Counted from the first letter of the stretch, positions 22,034-34,952 are shown. The stretch: 64,000 bases of DNA from Anthoceros angustus (GCA_010909165.1 VJWM01000196.1:248001-312000), one strand, 5' to 3'. Numbers and translations: made by a program. Notes: generated by a model not told the origin, from the letters alone.

Positions 22034-25000
22034 ATGGCCTCGCGCCAGCCCAGGACTCCGTCTCAGCCTGGAGACGTGCGGATTCCCTTCTCCGGTGTGA
22101 AATTGCCGCGTCTGTGCCGGCCCGCCCAGCGGAAGGAGAATCCGGTGGAGAGAGCGTGGCGGGGGGCGCGGGAGGCGTTTGCCAGATGGGAGCCAGCGGC
22201 CGCGGCTGTGCGGCAAAGCTTGCTGGACGCCATGGCGGAGCGGCTTGGGAGCCCGCAGGCCCGGGCATTGCCCTCCTTCGCCTCGCTCTCCTTGGGGCGG
22301 AGACCGGCAGAGGCATCGGAGCCGGCGTCCGCACATGTTGCCAGTGGCAGCGGCAATGCTGTTGCCACGAGGGTGGCAGCTGGGCGCAAGGGCCGGAGGA
22401 AGGGCGTGGGAATTCGGATGGTGGAAGAAGCCGGGGAGGAGGAACGCGTGCTCATCAGCGAGATTCTTATCCAGGATAAGGATGGGCAGGAGCTGGAGAA
22501 TGCGGACCTGCTTGCCACAGCCCGCAAGGCCCTCAAGACCTGCAAACCCAACTTCGCCCTCACCACTAGTGAAGTGCAGGACGACGTGCACAGGATCATC
22601 GACACTGGCTATTTCACCTCCTGCTTGCCGTTCGCTGAAGACACCAGGGATGGTGTTCGTTTGATTTTCAAGGTTGTATCGCCACCTGCCTCCATTCTGC
22701 GCTGCGATGTGGCCTGTTTTTGGCATCCTCCAGGAATCTTGCATGGACGAACGACTGCTGCATCAGTATGTTGCATTTTCTGGGTCAGGCGACAGGAATG
22801 TTGATATATTCATTCTTATCCCCCCAAATCTTTCATCTGAAGGTAGAGCCAAATCAGGAGCTAAAAGGATTGGTCTGCACTGGTGCTAATGCTCTCCCTA
22901 CACGGGTTGTGGAAAATGCTTTCAAAGATGAATATGGTATGGTGACCTCCCTGAGCACAGACTGAACTGTCAGGAAATATGATAGCCAGCTCGGTGGTTG
23001 CAAATAGACCACATTTTGTCCTAAGGCTCTTGGATTCTTATGACAAGCCGTGCAGGTAAAGTCGTCAACATACAGCGCTTGAACAAAGTGCTGGATACAC
23101 TGAATGGGTGGTATAAGGAACGAGGGCTTTTTGGGCAGGTTAGCACGGTTTTCTTACTTTCGGCAATTTTGCATGGCGCCCAGACTCTCACTCACATCCC
23201 TTGAGTGTCACTATCTTGCAGGTGACCGACGTGGAAATTTTGTCTGATGGGATTATTAAAGTTCAAGTTTCTGAAGCAGAAGTTAACAACATCACCATCC
23301 GATTTCTTGACAGAAAGACGTATGTTCTGTGATTATGACTCGTAGAGCAGCAAACTATCTCCCCTCGTGTCATTTGGGGGAAACTGACTGCACCAAAAAT
23401 GATATTGGCAGGGGTGAGCCTACTGTTGGACGAACCCGGCCTGAGACCATCCTGCGGCAGCTGACAACCAAGAAAGGACAGGTACAAAGAACTCTTAGGA
23501 CAGTACCGCCTGGGATGCCCCAGAGGTGTGACCGTTAACTGTTAGATTGCCCCTGGTACCGGGATATCGAAATTACTTGTCTCTCTGAACATATCCTGTT
23601 GTTGACGTCACTGAGGCTCATTCTCATCACGGGCTCCTTGGGATAGGTGTACAGTCTGCAGCAGGGCAGGCGAGACGTAGAGACTGTCTTTACAATGGGA
23701 ATAATGGAAGATGTCAACCTTGTGCCTCAACCCGCTGGAGGTTTGTTGCTGAGCAATGGGTGTGGATTTGTTTTGTTACTTTTGTCTACGTTTCTGAAGC
23801 CATCTGAATTTCACAGATACTGGAAAGGTGGATTTGACGATGAACGTTGTGGAGAGGGTCACAGGGGGTTTTTCTGCAGGTGGTGGGTTATCAGGCAATG
23901 GGTTGGTCCTCACTCTCCCCTTCACTTCTTTTGGCTTGGTATGTTTCAATCATCTGTAGTGAGGTGTGTCTGTTTCCAGCATATTGTTTCCATTATCATT
24001 GCCTGCTGCTGCTCGGAGCATCTAACGTGTGGGCTCTTTGTCCTTAGGATAACCAATGGTGCTCTCTCCGGACTTGTTGGGAGGTGGGTGAAGTCCTTGG
24101 GGCAGCGTTGTTGTGGCCTTGGTATTGATTTGGTTATGTGCCCATAAAGCCAAGGGATAGTGATCTGATTTGCCACGTTGTGTTCTTTGGCCAGCTTTGC
24201 CTACTCTCATCGGAATGCCTTTGGAAGAAATCAAAAGCTCAACATTTCACTGGAGAGAGGGCAAGTTGATTCCATGTTTCGAATTAACTACACTGACCCC
24301 TGGATTGAGGGTGATGATAAACGCACGTCCCGCTCCATCAACATTCAGGTGCTCTTGGCATACAAGGCGTCATTTCTGGGATTGACTTCCTGTCAAAGTT
24401 CTGTGTACTGAACTTGTTGGCTGCTCAGAATTCAAGAAGTCCAGGAACCATAGTTCATGGTATACGTAGGGAAGCTCGAGCATCTGGCCCCCTCCACGGT
24501 GGAGTCACCATTGGGAAGCTTACTGCAGGCTTGGATTACAGTAGACCGCTGAGACCCAAGTGGAGTGGTACTGCAGGCATAAGTTTCCAGGTTAATACTC
24601 CTTTTCTTTTATTTGCCTGTTTTCATGCAAGAGCTTTGTAGTAGCACCTAATCTTTAACATTGCTGCAGGTGCCATAGTGCTAGCTCCTCACAACCTGAA
24701 TGAATCCGGCCCTATGACGTGAAATTCTCCTAAGCTATGCTGTTCTTTGCAGAGGGCTGGAGCTAGGGATGACCAAGGGCAACCAAAATATGTGGATATT
24801 TACAGTAGTCCCCTGACATTCAGGTGTGCCTGGTACTTTTTGTGATGTGGATTTGCTATTGCACAACTAGTCTGCCTTGAGAAATTTGTCTCTGACATGC
24901 TGTCACTTCATATTGCAGTGGCCGAGCTTATGATGACATGCTAGTGGCAAAATTGGAGACGGTTTACACAGATTCTGGTGACAACGGTTCGTCTCAAGTG

Positions 25001-25881
25001 AGTAGTCTTGCTTATTTTCCATGTGAACGCTGCTTTCCAAGTGAACGTATGTCCTTGCTGTTCTTTCATGCTTGATGCAACTTTTTGGTTTACTCAGTTT
25101 GTTCATTTGATTTCACTGTTGCAGCTAGTCTTCAATACGGAGCAAGGGTTACCTATTGCACCAGAATGGCTGTTTTTCAATCGGATAAATCTGAGAGCAA
25201 GGCAGGGACTTCGAATAGGCCCGGTGCGCTCCATAGCAAGGTCAGTTTTAGGAAGAGGAGAGTGTTTTTTTCTGTGCAGTTTTGTAGAGAAAACCTGCAG
25301 TAAAGTGAACAGGTGGAGTGTTTCAGCTTCTATGGAGGAACGGTGATTGGAGATCTAGCACCCCATGAAGCATTTCCAATTGGAGGCACAAACAGTGTCC
25401 GAGGTTATGATGAGGGAGCGGTGGGATCTGGCCGGTCGTGCATTGTTGCAAGTGGCGAGATCTCTGTTCCTCTGGTATGAGCAGTCTGTCCCTTGGAGAT
25501 GTTTTCACCTTGAATGGATCTTCAAAAATCACATGATGTTCACCTTTTGCGTTTGGCAGTTTGGGCCAGTGGAAGGCGCTGTATTTGCTGACTATGGCAC
25601 AGATTTGGGTTCTGGAGCTACAGTTCCAGGTAAGCTACCCTCCATGTCATGTTGCAAATGACCTGCCACATGGTTGAGGATGTTCTTCCGGTGTTCTGTG
25701 TTTTAACACTTTGTCGACGGTTTTAGGTGATCCTGCTGGTGCACGAGGTAAGCCTGGCAGTGGTTATGGATACGGTGCCGGAATTCGGGTAGACTCTCCC
25801 CTAGGTCCTCTGAGATTAGAGTATGCATTCAACAACAACCGTGCACGGCGGTTTCACTTTGGGATTGGCTATCGGAATTAG
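22034..25881 (+). CDS. OEP80: Chloroplast outer envelope protein 80 (Toc75-V, Omp85/BamA family), about 16 exons
   Basis: Motifs EERVLISEI..., [53 protein letters not shown], the Omp85 motif GGTNSVRGY, and the C-terminus [14 protein letters not shown]...HFGIGYRN*. Exons traced through GT-AG introns. Confidence 0.95.
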
Positions 25882-26660
25882 TCTTCTGATTTTTCAGTCG
25901 ACTTCGCAGCCTTCCCTTCGGTTGAAGGGATGGTGTTTTGTGTTAGATGAGTTCCTTTCAACATCTGTTAGATGCTTTTATCTGGTTGGTCTTCACAACT
26001 GCGGAGTACGCCCATCGAAGTACTAGGGGTCCTGGCAGCTCTTGTCCAATCGTGATTCTTTGAAGGCTATGTGCTGCTCACTCCAAGAATTGACCAGGGT
26101 CCTGGTTTCACCTGTTGTGTGCGAACTTATTGGGATCTTGGAAAAGGATTGTGCAAGGAGTGGTACTTCACCTAACTCACCTCCGGAGTTTAAAATCAAA
26201 CCATAACCGGGGTGAGTGCCTTGGCACAGCACACAGTGGCAAGACAAAGGGCACGGAGGGTGGAAGACGAAAACCTGGTAGTGAACTATGCAACTATTCG
26301 ATCTGGTTCTTTGGTGCGTGCACACAATCGGTGAGTTTGCCTCAAGCTGAGATAGAGGACCAGCAACACGGCTGGCTACTCCTTCACCCCACCATCAGGG
26401 CCATGATGGTATGCAAGCCTTCGCATCCATCCCCAACCGAGGGCCCTGAACGGCGGAAAGCCTGTGAGATAATTCCCATCGGTATTGGCTACCAGAATTA
26501 GTGGACGCAGGTTCACACAACATTTTTGTATGACTTCGCAGGGTTCCTTCGTTGGTTGAAGGAAGGAAAGGTGGTTCCTGCTGTAAATGAGGAGATGCTC
26601 GAGACAAACCATCTCTTGGGTGCAAAAAACTGTCTCACGTCTGGGATCGTCAACTTCAGA

Positions 26661-26760
26661 AATAAACCCATCGAAGCTGTCATGCTTGACTGGAAATAAA
26701 CCCTGTGAGGCCACCATGCTTTACTGGTAATAAACCCATCGAAGCCGTCATGCTTGACCG
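26661..26760. repeat. Short direct duplication of about 30 bp (AATAAACCCATCGAAGCyGTCATGCTTGAC, two copies)
   Basis: Copies at about 26661 and 26729. Confidence 0.7.
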
Positions 26761-26847
26761 GTGACCATCCTGTTCAGTTGTGCTTCGGTGGACTCTGAGC
26801 TGTCGATTCCAAGAATCAACTGGAATTGCTGCAGTTGCTGCATCCGG

Positions 26848-29632
26848 TCATTCTGCGGGTCCACCGTGACGGCAGATGAGTGCGGAGTGCAGCTCTTTGA
26901 GCAAGTCTTTCATTGTGGGTCTGCTTTTCGGCTGAAAATTCAGACACCGGACTGCCAGATTCGCCACCTTCTCGATAGACTCCCTTCCACCTGCGGAATG
27001 GTAAGATGAAGAGAGACATGGATCAACAAACTGGTAGAAGTGCCCATTCTGAATACTTGGAACGGCGAAGGTGACGAGGCTGGCGGCTTCGTGGCCTCTG
27101 CGCAAATCCACGGGGGCCTGTGCGGAGATGAGCTCCAGCAGCACCACTCCGAAGCCATACACATCGCTTTTGCTGGTTATCTGAGAGCTGATGTAGTAAT
27201 CTGGGTCGATGTAGCCAAGAGTTCCCCTAACCAGCGCCGTATAGAGATGCGTAGAGTCCACAGGAGCAAGCTTGGAGATCCCAAAATCTGCCAGCTTCAC
27301 GTTGAGGTTGTCATCCAGCAGGATGTTTAAGGACTTGACATCCCGGTGGATGAAGGAAGGGTGGGCCGCGGAATGCAGATAAGCCAAAGCATCAGCTGTC
27401 TGCGTTGCAACCTGGAGCCGCTGTGACCAGCCCAACCTTTCTTTCGCCCCTTGCTCCTTGCAAATGCTCCTGCAGATTCCCATTCGAAACGAACTCGAAC
27501 ACGAGCACGGCCACCTTCCCCTCCAAGCAGCAGCCCAGGAGCTTCACCAAGTGGCGATGATTCACCTTGGACAGGATCACGACCTCGTTCAAAAACTGAA
27601 CCTTCTCCATGTCAGATCCAAGCCTGCCTTTCTTGATGGCCACCCTGGTGCCATCCCCCAGCGTTACTGCGTACACAGTTCCAAATCCACCCTCCCCTAT
27701 CTGGCATGTGGTAGCAAAATTTGGATGTGGCTCTCCGCAGATCGCGAAGCGGCATCAAAGTGGTTCTGTCCTTTTGCTGCATCACCGCCGCAATCAAATC
27801 CGCGTCCTGTGTCGGCCTCCCACAGTACATCTGTCCCCCGAACCATGCCCCAAGCATAGCCACTGCCACAGCCACAGCCACTGCCACTGCCACTGCCACA
27901 GCCACTGCCACAGCTGAATTTACAAAAACCTCCCACGACTTCAACAACGACCTCCTCCTCTCCGGCACTGCCGACGGCGGGACAACCAACAGGGGCTCTG
28001 CACATACAATCCAAAACCACACTTGTCGTAGAATCCGTGCACAAGACTGCTGCGGGCTCATTCCAAGCTCTTATCACGAAAGCTTCCATGTCCACCATAG
28101 CCTGAAATACCTGGAGGGCAAGCAGGAAGCGGGTGGCCACAGAGCCCCGGGTTGCCGGAGAAGAAGGCTGGATCCCGGAACCTGGGAAGGACAGCAGGAA
28201 GAGGGCCAGAGAGATTGTTGTTGGAGAGATAAACATACGTCAGACCCCTGAACCAGAACAGATGCGCTGGAACCCTCTCCTGCAACCGGTTGTCGGACAG
28301 ATCCAGCCTGGCCAGCAAGGGGTTGGAGTTGTTGTCGAACTCCAGTGGAATCTCCCCCTCCAAACGGTTGGAGCTCACATCCAGCACCTCCAGAAACGGC
28401 AAAATCGGAAGCGAGGAGGGCAGGCTGCCGGTGAGATTGCACTCAGCCAGCCGCAACTCCTCCAAACTATTCCCATACAGACTCAACGCCGCGTGCAGCA
28501 GCCCATCCGGCTCCTCGGGCTGCAGCGAGTTGTGCCCAAGGTCGAGCACCTCCATCGCCCGTGCATTTGGGCTCAACCAAATTTTCCCGCCAAACCTGTT
28601 GCTCCCGAGCCGCAGCTCCTTCAAGCGCCCTGTCAGCGACGCCAGCCGCGAGCTCCCCTCCGCCTCCCCGAGCCCGAGCCTGTTGTGATCCAGGAACAAC
28701 GTGGTCAGCTCAGGCAGAGCCACCGAGTCCATCCAGCCAGGCAGTGCGCCCTCCAGACGGTTGTGGCTCAGGTCCAGGCTCCGCAGCGTGCCCTGCCCGA
28801 GCTGCTCAGGCAGCGCGCCGGTGAGCAGATTGTGGCTCAAATTCAGATACTCACCATGCCCGCCGGCCACCACCAGCTGGGAAGGCACAGATCCGGTGAG
28901 CTGATTATCCGACAGATCCAAATACACCGTTCTGCTCCAGCGGCCTTGCGGGATGCTCCCTTCCAGCCTGTTCCTGGAGACATCCAGGAAAATCAGAGCC
29001 CGCATTCCGGGACCGGGCCGGTGAGGTTGTTGCTGCCAGCCACTGCAGTGACTGCAGCCCGTGCAGGCCCGGGACGTGCCCCGAGAAGCGGGTGTTGGAG
29101 GTGTTCGCCTCCACAATGTCCGGGAAGGCCCGAAGGTCCGGGAGGAGGCCGGTGAGCATGTTGGAGTCCAGGCGGAGAAAATGCAGCAGCCGGAGCCTGC
29201 TGATCTCGGGGGGCACTTCCCCTACGAAGGCGTTGCTGGACAGGTTGAGCGACAGCAAGGAGGTGAGATTGCCCAGCTCCGAGGGGATGCCGCCCACAAA
29301 CTGGCCTTCCGCGCAGTCCAGGACCTCGAGGCAGTCCAGCCCTCCCAGGGCCGGCGAGAGTGCGCCCCCCATGAAGAAGAGATCCAGCTCCGTCACCAGC
29401 CAGGAAGCAGTGAAGTTGGTGCTCGTGACCCGTACCAGCGCAGGCAAGGAGAATCATCGCTCTCGTTCCAGGAGCTGTGCAGCCTGTTCTTTGAATCAAC
29501 CGTGATGCCTTTCTTCACTTCCAACAGGATCTGCCCGTCCCTCGTTAGGCCCTCCACCTTGTTGCATGCCACTGCCACCATCACAAGGAGGGCGACTAAC
29601 TCCCCCGTCATTACTCTCTGCTCGCACTTCAT
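26848..29632 (-). pseudogene. Frame-disrupted receptor kinase: LRR ectodomain, poly(Ala-Val) TM segment and WAK-type kinase
   Basis: Signal peptide and LRRNT (SWNESDDSPCLRWYG), many LRRs, GNPGLCG cap. Kinase pieces IGEGGFGTVY, VAIKK, QFLNEVVILSKVNHRHLVKLLGCCLE, ALAYLHSAA, HRDVKS, DFG, GTLGYIDP. At least 6 frame breaks, some with loss of several codons. Confidence 0.8.
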
Positions 29633-30067
29633 TTCAGTGTTTATTTACTTTCAAATGAGTTCATTAATCTTTCATTTAGAGCCCGAAATACCTGCATGCT
29701 GTAGGTGAACAAACCTACCTATTGTTTTTATATTACATGATACTAGAATCCAATGTTCGATGACGATTAAAGTAGAAGCCACATGAAGGCAGAGACCCTA
29801 TTGGTCCACATGGTGTTCGTTCACCGTAGAAGACGATACAAAGATTCAGTCGCTGATGTCCCACATCCATCACTCTCTGCTCCTCCTCACTTCTCCTCAC
29901 TCTCCTGTGTAACGTGGTGGCAGGAGAAAACGGAAAGCTTTCAGCCACTCCGGAACAAACTTCAGGACATCGAGGCTAGAAGACCGGCCTTGGATGTGTC
30001 AATCCGTTCTGGGATATCGAGAGTAAGTAGTGTTGCGATTCATTTCCTTCCATCACGTCCCACGTTT

Positions 30068-31446
30068 CTAGCCAGTAACGGCTTCCTGATGTTTCCTCTG
30101 CTGACGCTCTCGGCTCAAGAACTGCTCCCTGTTGTGTGAGCGCCTCTCTGCTGCAGACATGCGACTGCGCCGCCTCTCTTTCCCTGCGCGCTCCTGACCT
30201 GACCCAGCATCACCCGAATCTTCTGCTTCGTTCCAAAGGGAGAGTTCGTAGAAGTTTGCCAATGTGCTCTGAGAGTCCTGCAAGCCAGTAGCAGTGAAGT
30301 GTGTCTCGCCTGAGGAATATAGGACCTGAAGGCAGAACATCCAGGGAGACCCCGCTCAACTTACTTCTTGTGAAGGTTGCTCTGTCACGACGGGTTGTGG
30401 CCCGTATGACGGAGCTTTGAAGGAGCGGTCAGCCTGTGCAGAGCTGTTTACCACTGGCAGCCGGTTCAGGATGATGTTGCCTTCCACATCGTACATCACC
30501 TCCTGGGTTTTGCGGTGGTTCAAGTATCGCTTGAACAGAGCAGAGTTAGGGTAATCTGTCTGTAGGCTGCCAGAGAAGTGGAACAGTCGTGAGAGTCACA
30601 AGCTTGTGCAATGTCTTAGACACCGGGCGGGGTTTAGCAGCAACAACAGCACAGACTGGGGAAGGGAAATTGTTTCAGAACAGAGGAAGTGCTGCAACGA
30701 ATTACAAGCAGACGATTACATTGCAATGAGCTCGCCTTGGAGTGGACTGCCCTCCAAGAAAGCCACGCGCTCCACGCACCGCTCGATCGCGCGGTGCACG
30801 TTCCAACTGCCAAGGGCCAGGCCTCCACCTGCGGCAGAAGCGCCAGAGAGAGTGAGTCCCTGCGCAAGAGGAAACAGAGGCCGAGAAACCTTTAAAGCCG
30901 TGGATTAAAGTGGAGTGTGGCCTTCGTGGATAGGCTTACCCAGTGTTGCAGCGATCCGCTTCACGAACCTCTCCAGACCATCCAGCTTCCACTGAGGTAC
31001 CTTGAGACGCCGCGTCACTGCGTCCAACATGCAATGAAGGGATGTGAGCAGGAATGGCGCCTGGCGGTGCCCAATAGGTCAAAAACGGCACTGCGAGGTG
31101 GAAGAGTTGAGGGAATTTACAGCCCCAAGCCACAGCTCCGCCGATGACGCCGCCGCGCAGCAGACCTCTAGCAGCCTCGTCACGGCAGTCGTAGACAACG
31201 CGCGCCTCCTCTGGCGTCATCTTGTACTGTTTGCATAGCAGCAAGCTGACATCAGATGACTTGCTTCATCTCCCGAGAAGAACAGGAGCAAGCTTTTTGA
31301 CAGACCTTGGTTTCCACAACCCTGGAAACAAGCTGCTCGAAGGCAGACCAGCCCGAAGCTGGCGTTCGGGCCGCCTGCTCCATCTTTGAATCCTCAACAC
31401 TCCCACCAGAGTCTTTGCCCGGTATGGTCGACGCTGGGTATGTCAT
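30068..31446 (-). CDS. Uncharacterised plant membrane protein, about 6 exons
   Basis: Spliceable exons give ...WSAFEQLVSRVVETK/YKMTPEEARVVYDCRDEAARGLLRGGVIGGAVAWG/LTRRLK/GLTLSGASAAGGGLALGSWNVHRAIERCVERVAFLEGSPLQGELIAI/LQTDYPN... and a basic C-terminus. Resembles from memory an unnamed land-plant family. Exon 3 boundary uncertain. Confidence 0.65.
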
Positions 31447-31600
31447 AGTCCATGCCCCGTCTTGGCGTGGTGTGAAGAGGTCGTTAGTTTGCACCAAGGC
31501 ACACCGGAGAAGAAAAAACGCGTTTCTGGATGGATACGGGTCTCGAGTTCATCGTCTTACAAGAGCAGCTCACTCACACAAACAACATGTCTAAGAGTTG

Positions 31601-33780
31601 TCACAACATCCGGCACTGCTCGTGCTGGAGCTCGTCTCTCTTCAAGTCCAACATTTTAAACACCACCTTCTGAAGGACCTCGTCTGCAGGCACAGAGCCG
31701 GCTGCGGTTAGCGGCACACACAGAGAGGAAGCTGAGTTTGAATTGGACTCCGATGCGAGAAGGTTACCCACCTCCTGGAGCGCGGATCAGAGCACCAGCA
31801 AACTCTAACAAAGCGTTGTACTGGTGGTAGTGGAGATGCTCACGACTGTGGCTCTTGATCGCCATCCTCAGATGCAACTTCCCGAGGTTTAGGTATGGGT
31901 GGTGCCCTGCACTGCACCGTCTACATACCGTGAGCATGTCTTGGCCCTGTACCACCAGCCATCGACCATGTCAGTCCGCACGCCCATCGCCACCAGGATG
32001 AGAGCACGTCATGGTACGAGGAAATCGCACCCAGCCGGTACCTCTTGTAAAACTGAGCTCCTAGCCGCTGATTACCAACTTCCAGCAACTCATCGGCAAT
32101 GTTGCTCCAAGGGTCGCCTGAAAGACACGGAGGTCGCAGACGGATGTCAGCTTATACTTGATACTCTGCTATGCGGTATGCTGCGTGGTTTCAACGGTGA
32201 ACAGTTTGGCATACCATAGTCATTATCCAGGAAGATGGCCCTTGCGCATTCTCGGACACACATGATACGGTTCGCTCCCCCCTGCCCCATGCCCAGACGG
32301 TTGTCAGCAGCTGCACTGTTCGAGAGGGCATGTCTGACAAGAGTTACCAGCTTCCGAAGCAGCCTGAGCACGGTGTAAGACTTAGCAGTCGGGTGTAAGT
32401 AACAGCCAGCTTGAAACTTTTCGACTGCCTCCAAGATGTTTCCATGGGAGAAATCAAGCTTGCAACGCCTGAAGAGCTCTTGTGCTTTATTAGCTAGCTT
32501 GGAAGGGTCTAACACTCGTTGCTTATTCACCTGTTCCAAGACCAGAGCATCTTATCAACATCTGACAGGCAGCCAGTTTTTCTTCTACCTAGACCAAATA
32601 GCTGGTACCTGCTCGAAGGGTATCATCAGTTTAGCTGCATCTTCAGGTAAGTGCATCTGTATGATTGACACCTGAAAGGGATATGAATGCACAAGTGGAG
32701 GCGGTGGTGGTGGAGGAAGCACAGAAAAAGGAGCAGCATTCGGAATCAGAGAACCGGCTGCAACCAGGACAAGTTTTCGGCACCCGCTGTTCACCAGCAT
32801 AGGACAAATCCTGGAACTGTCAAAATTCAAAAGTGCCTTGCAACCAACGATGGATAATGCCTGCAGAAAGACCACCAAAACTCCGTGAGCTGTGCCAGAA
32901 TTGCAAAAGAAGTGCTCCGAAGCCTGATGACTCACTTCCAGGGCGGTACAGCCACCGAGACAAATAAGGTCCGCTCGCTAAGAACGGGTCGCGCAAAAGC
33001 TCGATCAGAACCCCGTCCCCTGCTCGGCTCAAGCTCGCAGTGGCCTCGTTGAGGAGGGCCCGGCCAGGAGTGTGGATTAAATCCGTAACCCCCCACCTGC
33101 CAGCTTGCCAGGCAAACTGCTCGCTAAGAACGTGGCTCACCTGCGCGGCTGCCTCTCGAGCTTTGTGGCGGACATCCTGATCATTCTTGTGCCCAATGCT
33201 GGCCTGCTTGTCCCACAGAGCGTGAGCCGGGCGTCCCCACAGCCACCTGCTCCGTCTCTTCAGACTCGCCCGGCCCCGCCTCCATTGTGCCCGACGCCCG
33301 CCGCAACAAGGAGCCAGCCCAGCTCAATTGCGCATCTGCTCAGCAAACCACCCGGCAGGAGAAGCTGCAATTGCCAGTCAGCTGGGTACCTTCCACGCAA
33401 TTGCTTCCCTGCAAGAGCAGAGCTGGCTGCCAGGACCACGGAGCAAGCACAACAAATTTCCTACTACATGCACAGAGGTCTGAGTATGACTTGCTCAACC
33501 GTAAGAGGCATGCACCTCCATGATTCCGGCTCTGGATGAGAATGAACTCCGTATGCATCCATGTACTTGCCTACGGAATACCGTTGTCGTCACCCACATC
33601 AGGACAAAACTGGTGTGGCTTGTTTTTTTTTTTCTTTGTGCGGAGCTTGCGCAAGTTGGCTCGGTGACCAAGAGCGCCCGGAGAGAGCAAAGACTGGACT
33701 CGAAAGGGCAGAGCTCGGGGCGTGAGCAAGGAATTCGGCGAGTCGTCAAACAGCTGTTGTGTTGGGACGGACACATCGGC
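31601..33780 (-). CDS. Multi-exon TPR protein gene with bacterial-style TPR motifs and an 11-nt frame break at about 31916-31926; 5' structure uncertain
   Basis: Exons 32530-32348, 32281-32215, 32117-32042, 31946-about 31772 and about 31683-31601 splice to AQELF..GNILEAVEKF...HPTAKSYT.../CVRECARAIFLDNDYGDPWSNIA...FYKR/AKTCSR[CSAG]HHPYLNLGKLHL...ALLEFAGALIRAPGD. Further exon-like segments extend upstream to about 33780. Confidence 0.65.
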
Positions 33781-33989
33781 CGACTTGCTGGACGGGACAC
33801 ACCCGCCGACTTGTTGCTGTTTCCGCGCGTCGGGTATTTTTTTGTTGCCCAGGCAATCGCTGAAGACGAAACCTTAGTGAATGGCGTTCATGAAGGGAGG
33901 GAGCAACGTCAGTGGCCTATCACGATGCACTGAGCTAGAGCGAAGCTAGACCTCCACCTGGGTGCCCCCGAGCCAGGTGGTGCGCCAGC

Positions 33990-34865
33990 TCCGCACGAAA
34001 AGAAAAAAATCACAAAAACTCTTCAATTCCACTAGCTGATCATTGATTGGATTTCTGGTTGGCCAATGGAAGATCCAAGAACCATTCTCCAAAACTGGTG
34101 TGGCTTCTTCGCTCCTCACTTGTGAGTGCGGCTCTGCTCTTGACGTCTCTGGTGTCCACCTTGCTCGTTGTCCCCACGGGGTCATCGCATTGCCACTCAC
34201 GACGCCATCCGTGACGTCATGTTCCCATTGCTCGCGAAAGTGGCTATATGGCCTGGAGGGAGCGGGAGTATACTCTTCTAACAGGTCGTTCAATCAGGGC
34301 GGACTTATACCTTGTCCGTGGCGACCAGGTTGTGGTGGCGGATGTAGTGGTTCGACCACCGCGTGGCGCCACCTCCGCTCAGTCATCACCAACCGTCCAG
34401 TGAGGCTGCTTTGCCCGTCTGACTCTCAAGGTCCGCAAGTATAGCGGGATGCAAGCGGGCCACCTCTTTATCCGCTTGCTCTAAAGCGTATGGGGCAATG
34501 GTGAGGACTTTGACAAATTCATCAAGTCTTGTGCCAAAGCTTACCATGCGCGAGCATAGTGCTGTCCTCTCGTACTTCACGCATACTTCCGGGGTTTCTA
34601 TTGCTCTTCAGCGCTCTCAGCGATTCTCCATAAAGGCGGCGGTGGGTGATGCCTTTTCCTCCTCCTGTGGTTTGCGGGCGTTTATTCTACACGCATATGA
34701 CATTGTGGGTGCGATTGGTCACTTTAGGTAGGGAGCTCAGTTGCTCCTCTTCACTCCGACCCCGGGATCCCCATTTGTTGTCCCTTCCTAGATGGTCTCT
34801 TTCCATCATTCTTTCACCTCAATAAATCATCTCATTAGAGAAGATCAAGATATTATTATTTTGTT
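33990..34865 (+). mobile_element. 3' fragment of a CRE-clade non-LTR retrotransposon (zinc knuckle and restriction-like endonuclease), decayed
   Basis: Across frameshifts: CECG...DVSGVHLARCPHG, HRIATHDAIRD, RADLI...VVADVV, AYGAMG, and SIALQRSQ. Followed by AATAAA and a short (TAT)n tail. Confidence 0.7.
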
Positions 34866-34952
34866 ATTTTTTTTATAAGACATCATTACCAATTCTTGGC
34901 TGAATTACATTGGCACAAAGAGAGAAAGGATACATGAATAATGCACTTTGTA

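Noticed and set aside
28133-29155. 340-aa plus-strand ORF
   Set aside because: Antisense shadow of the GC-rich LRR region.
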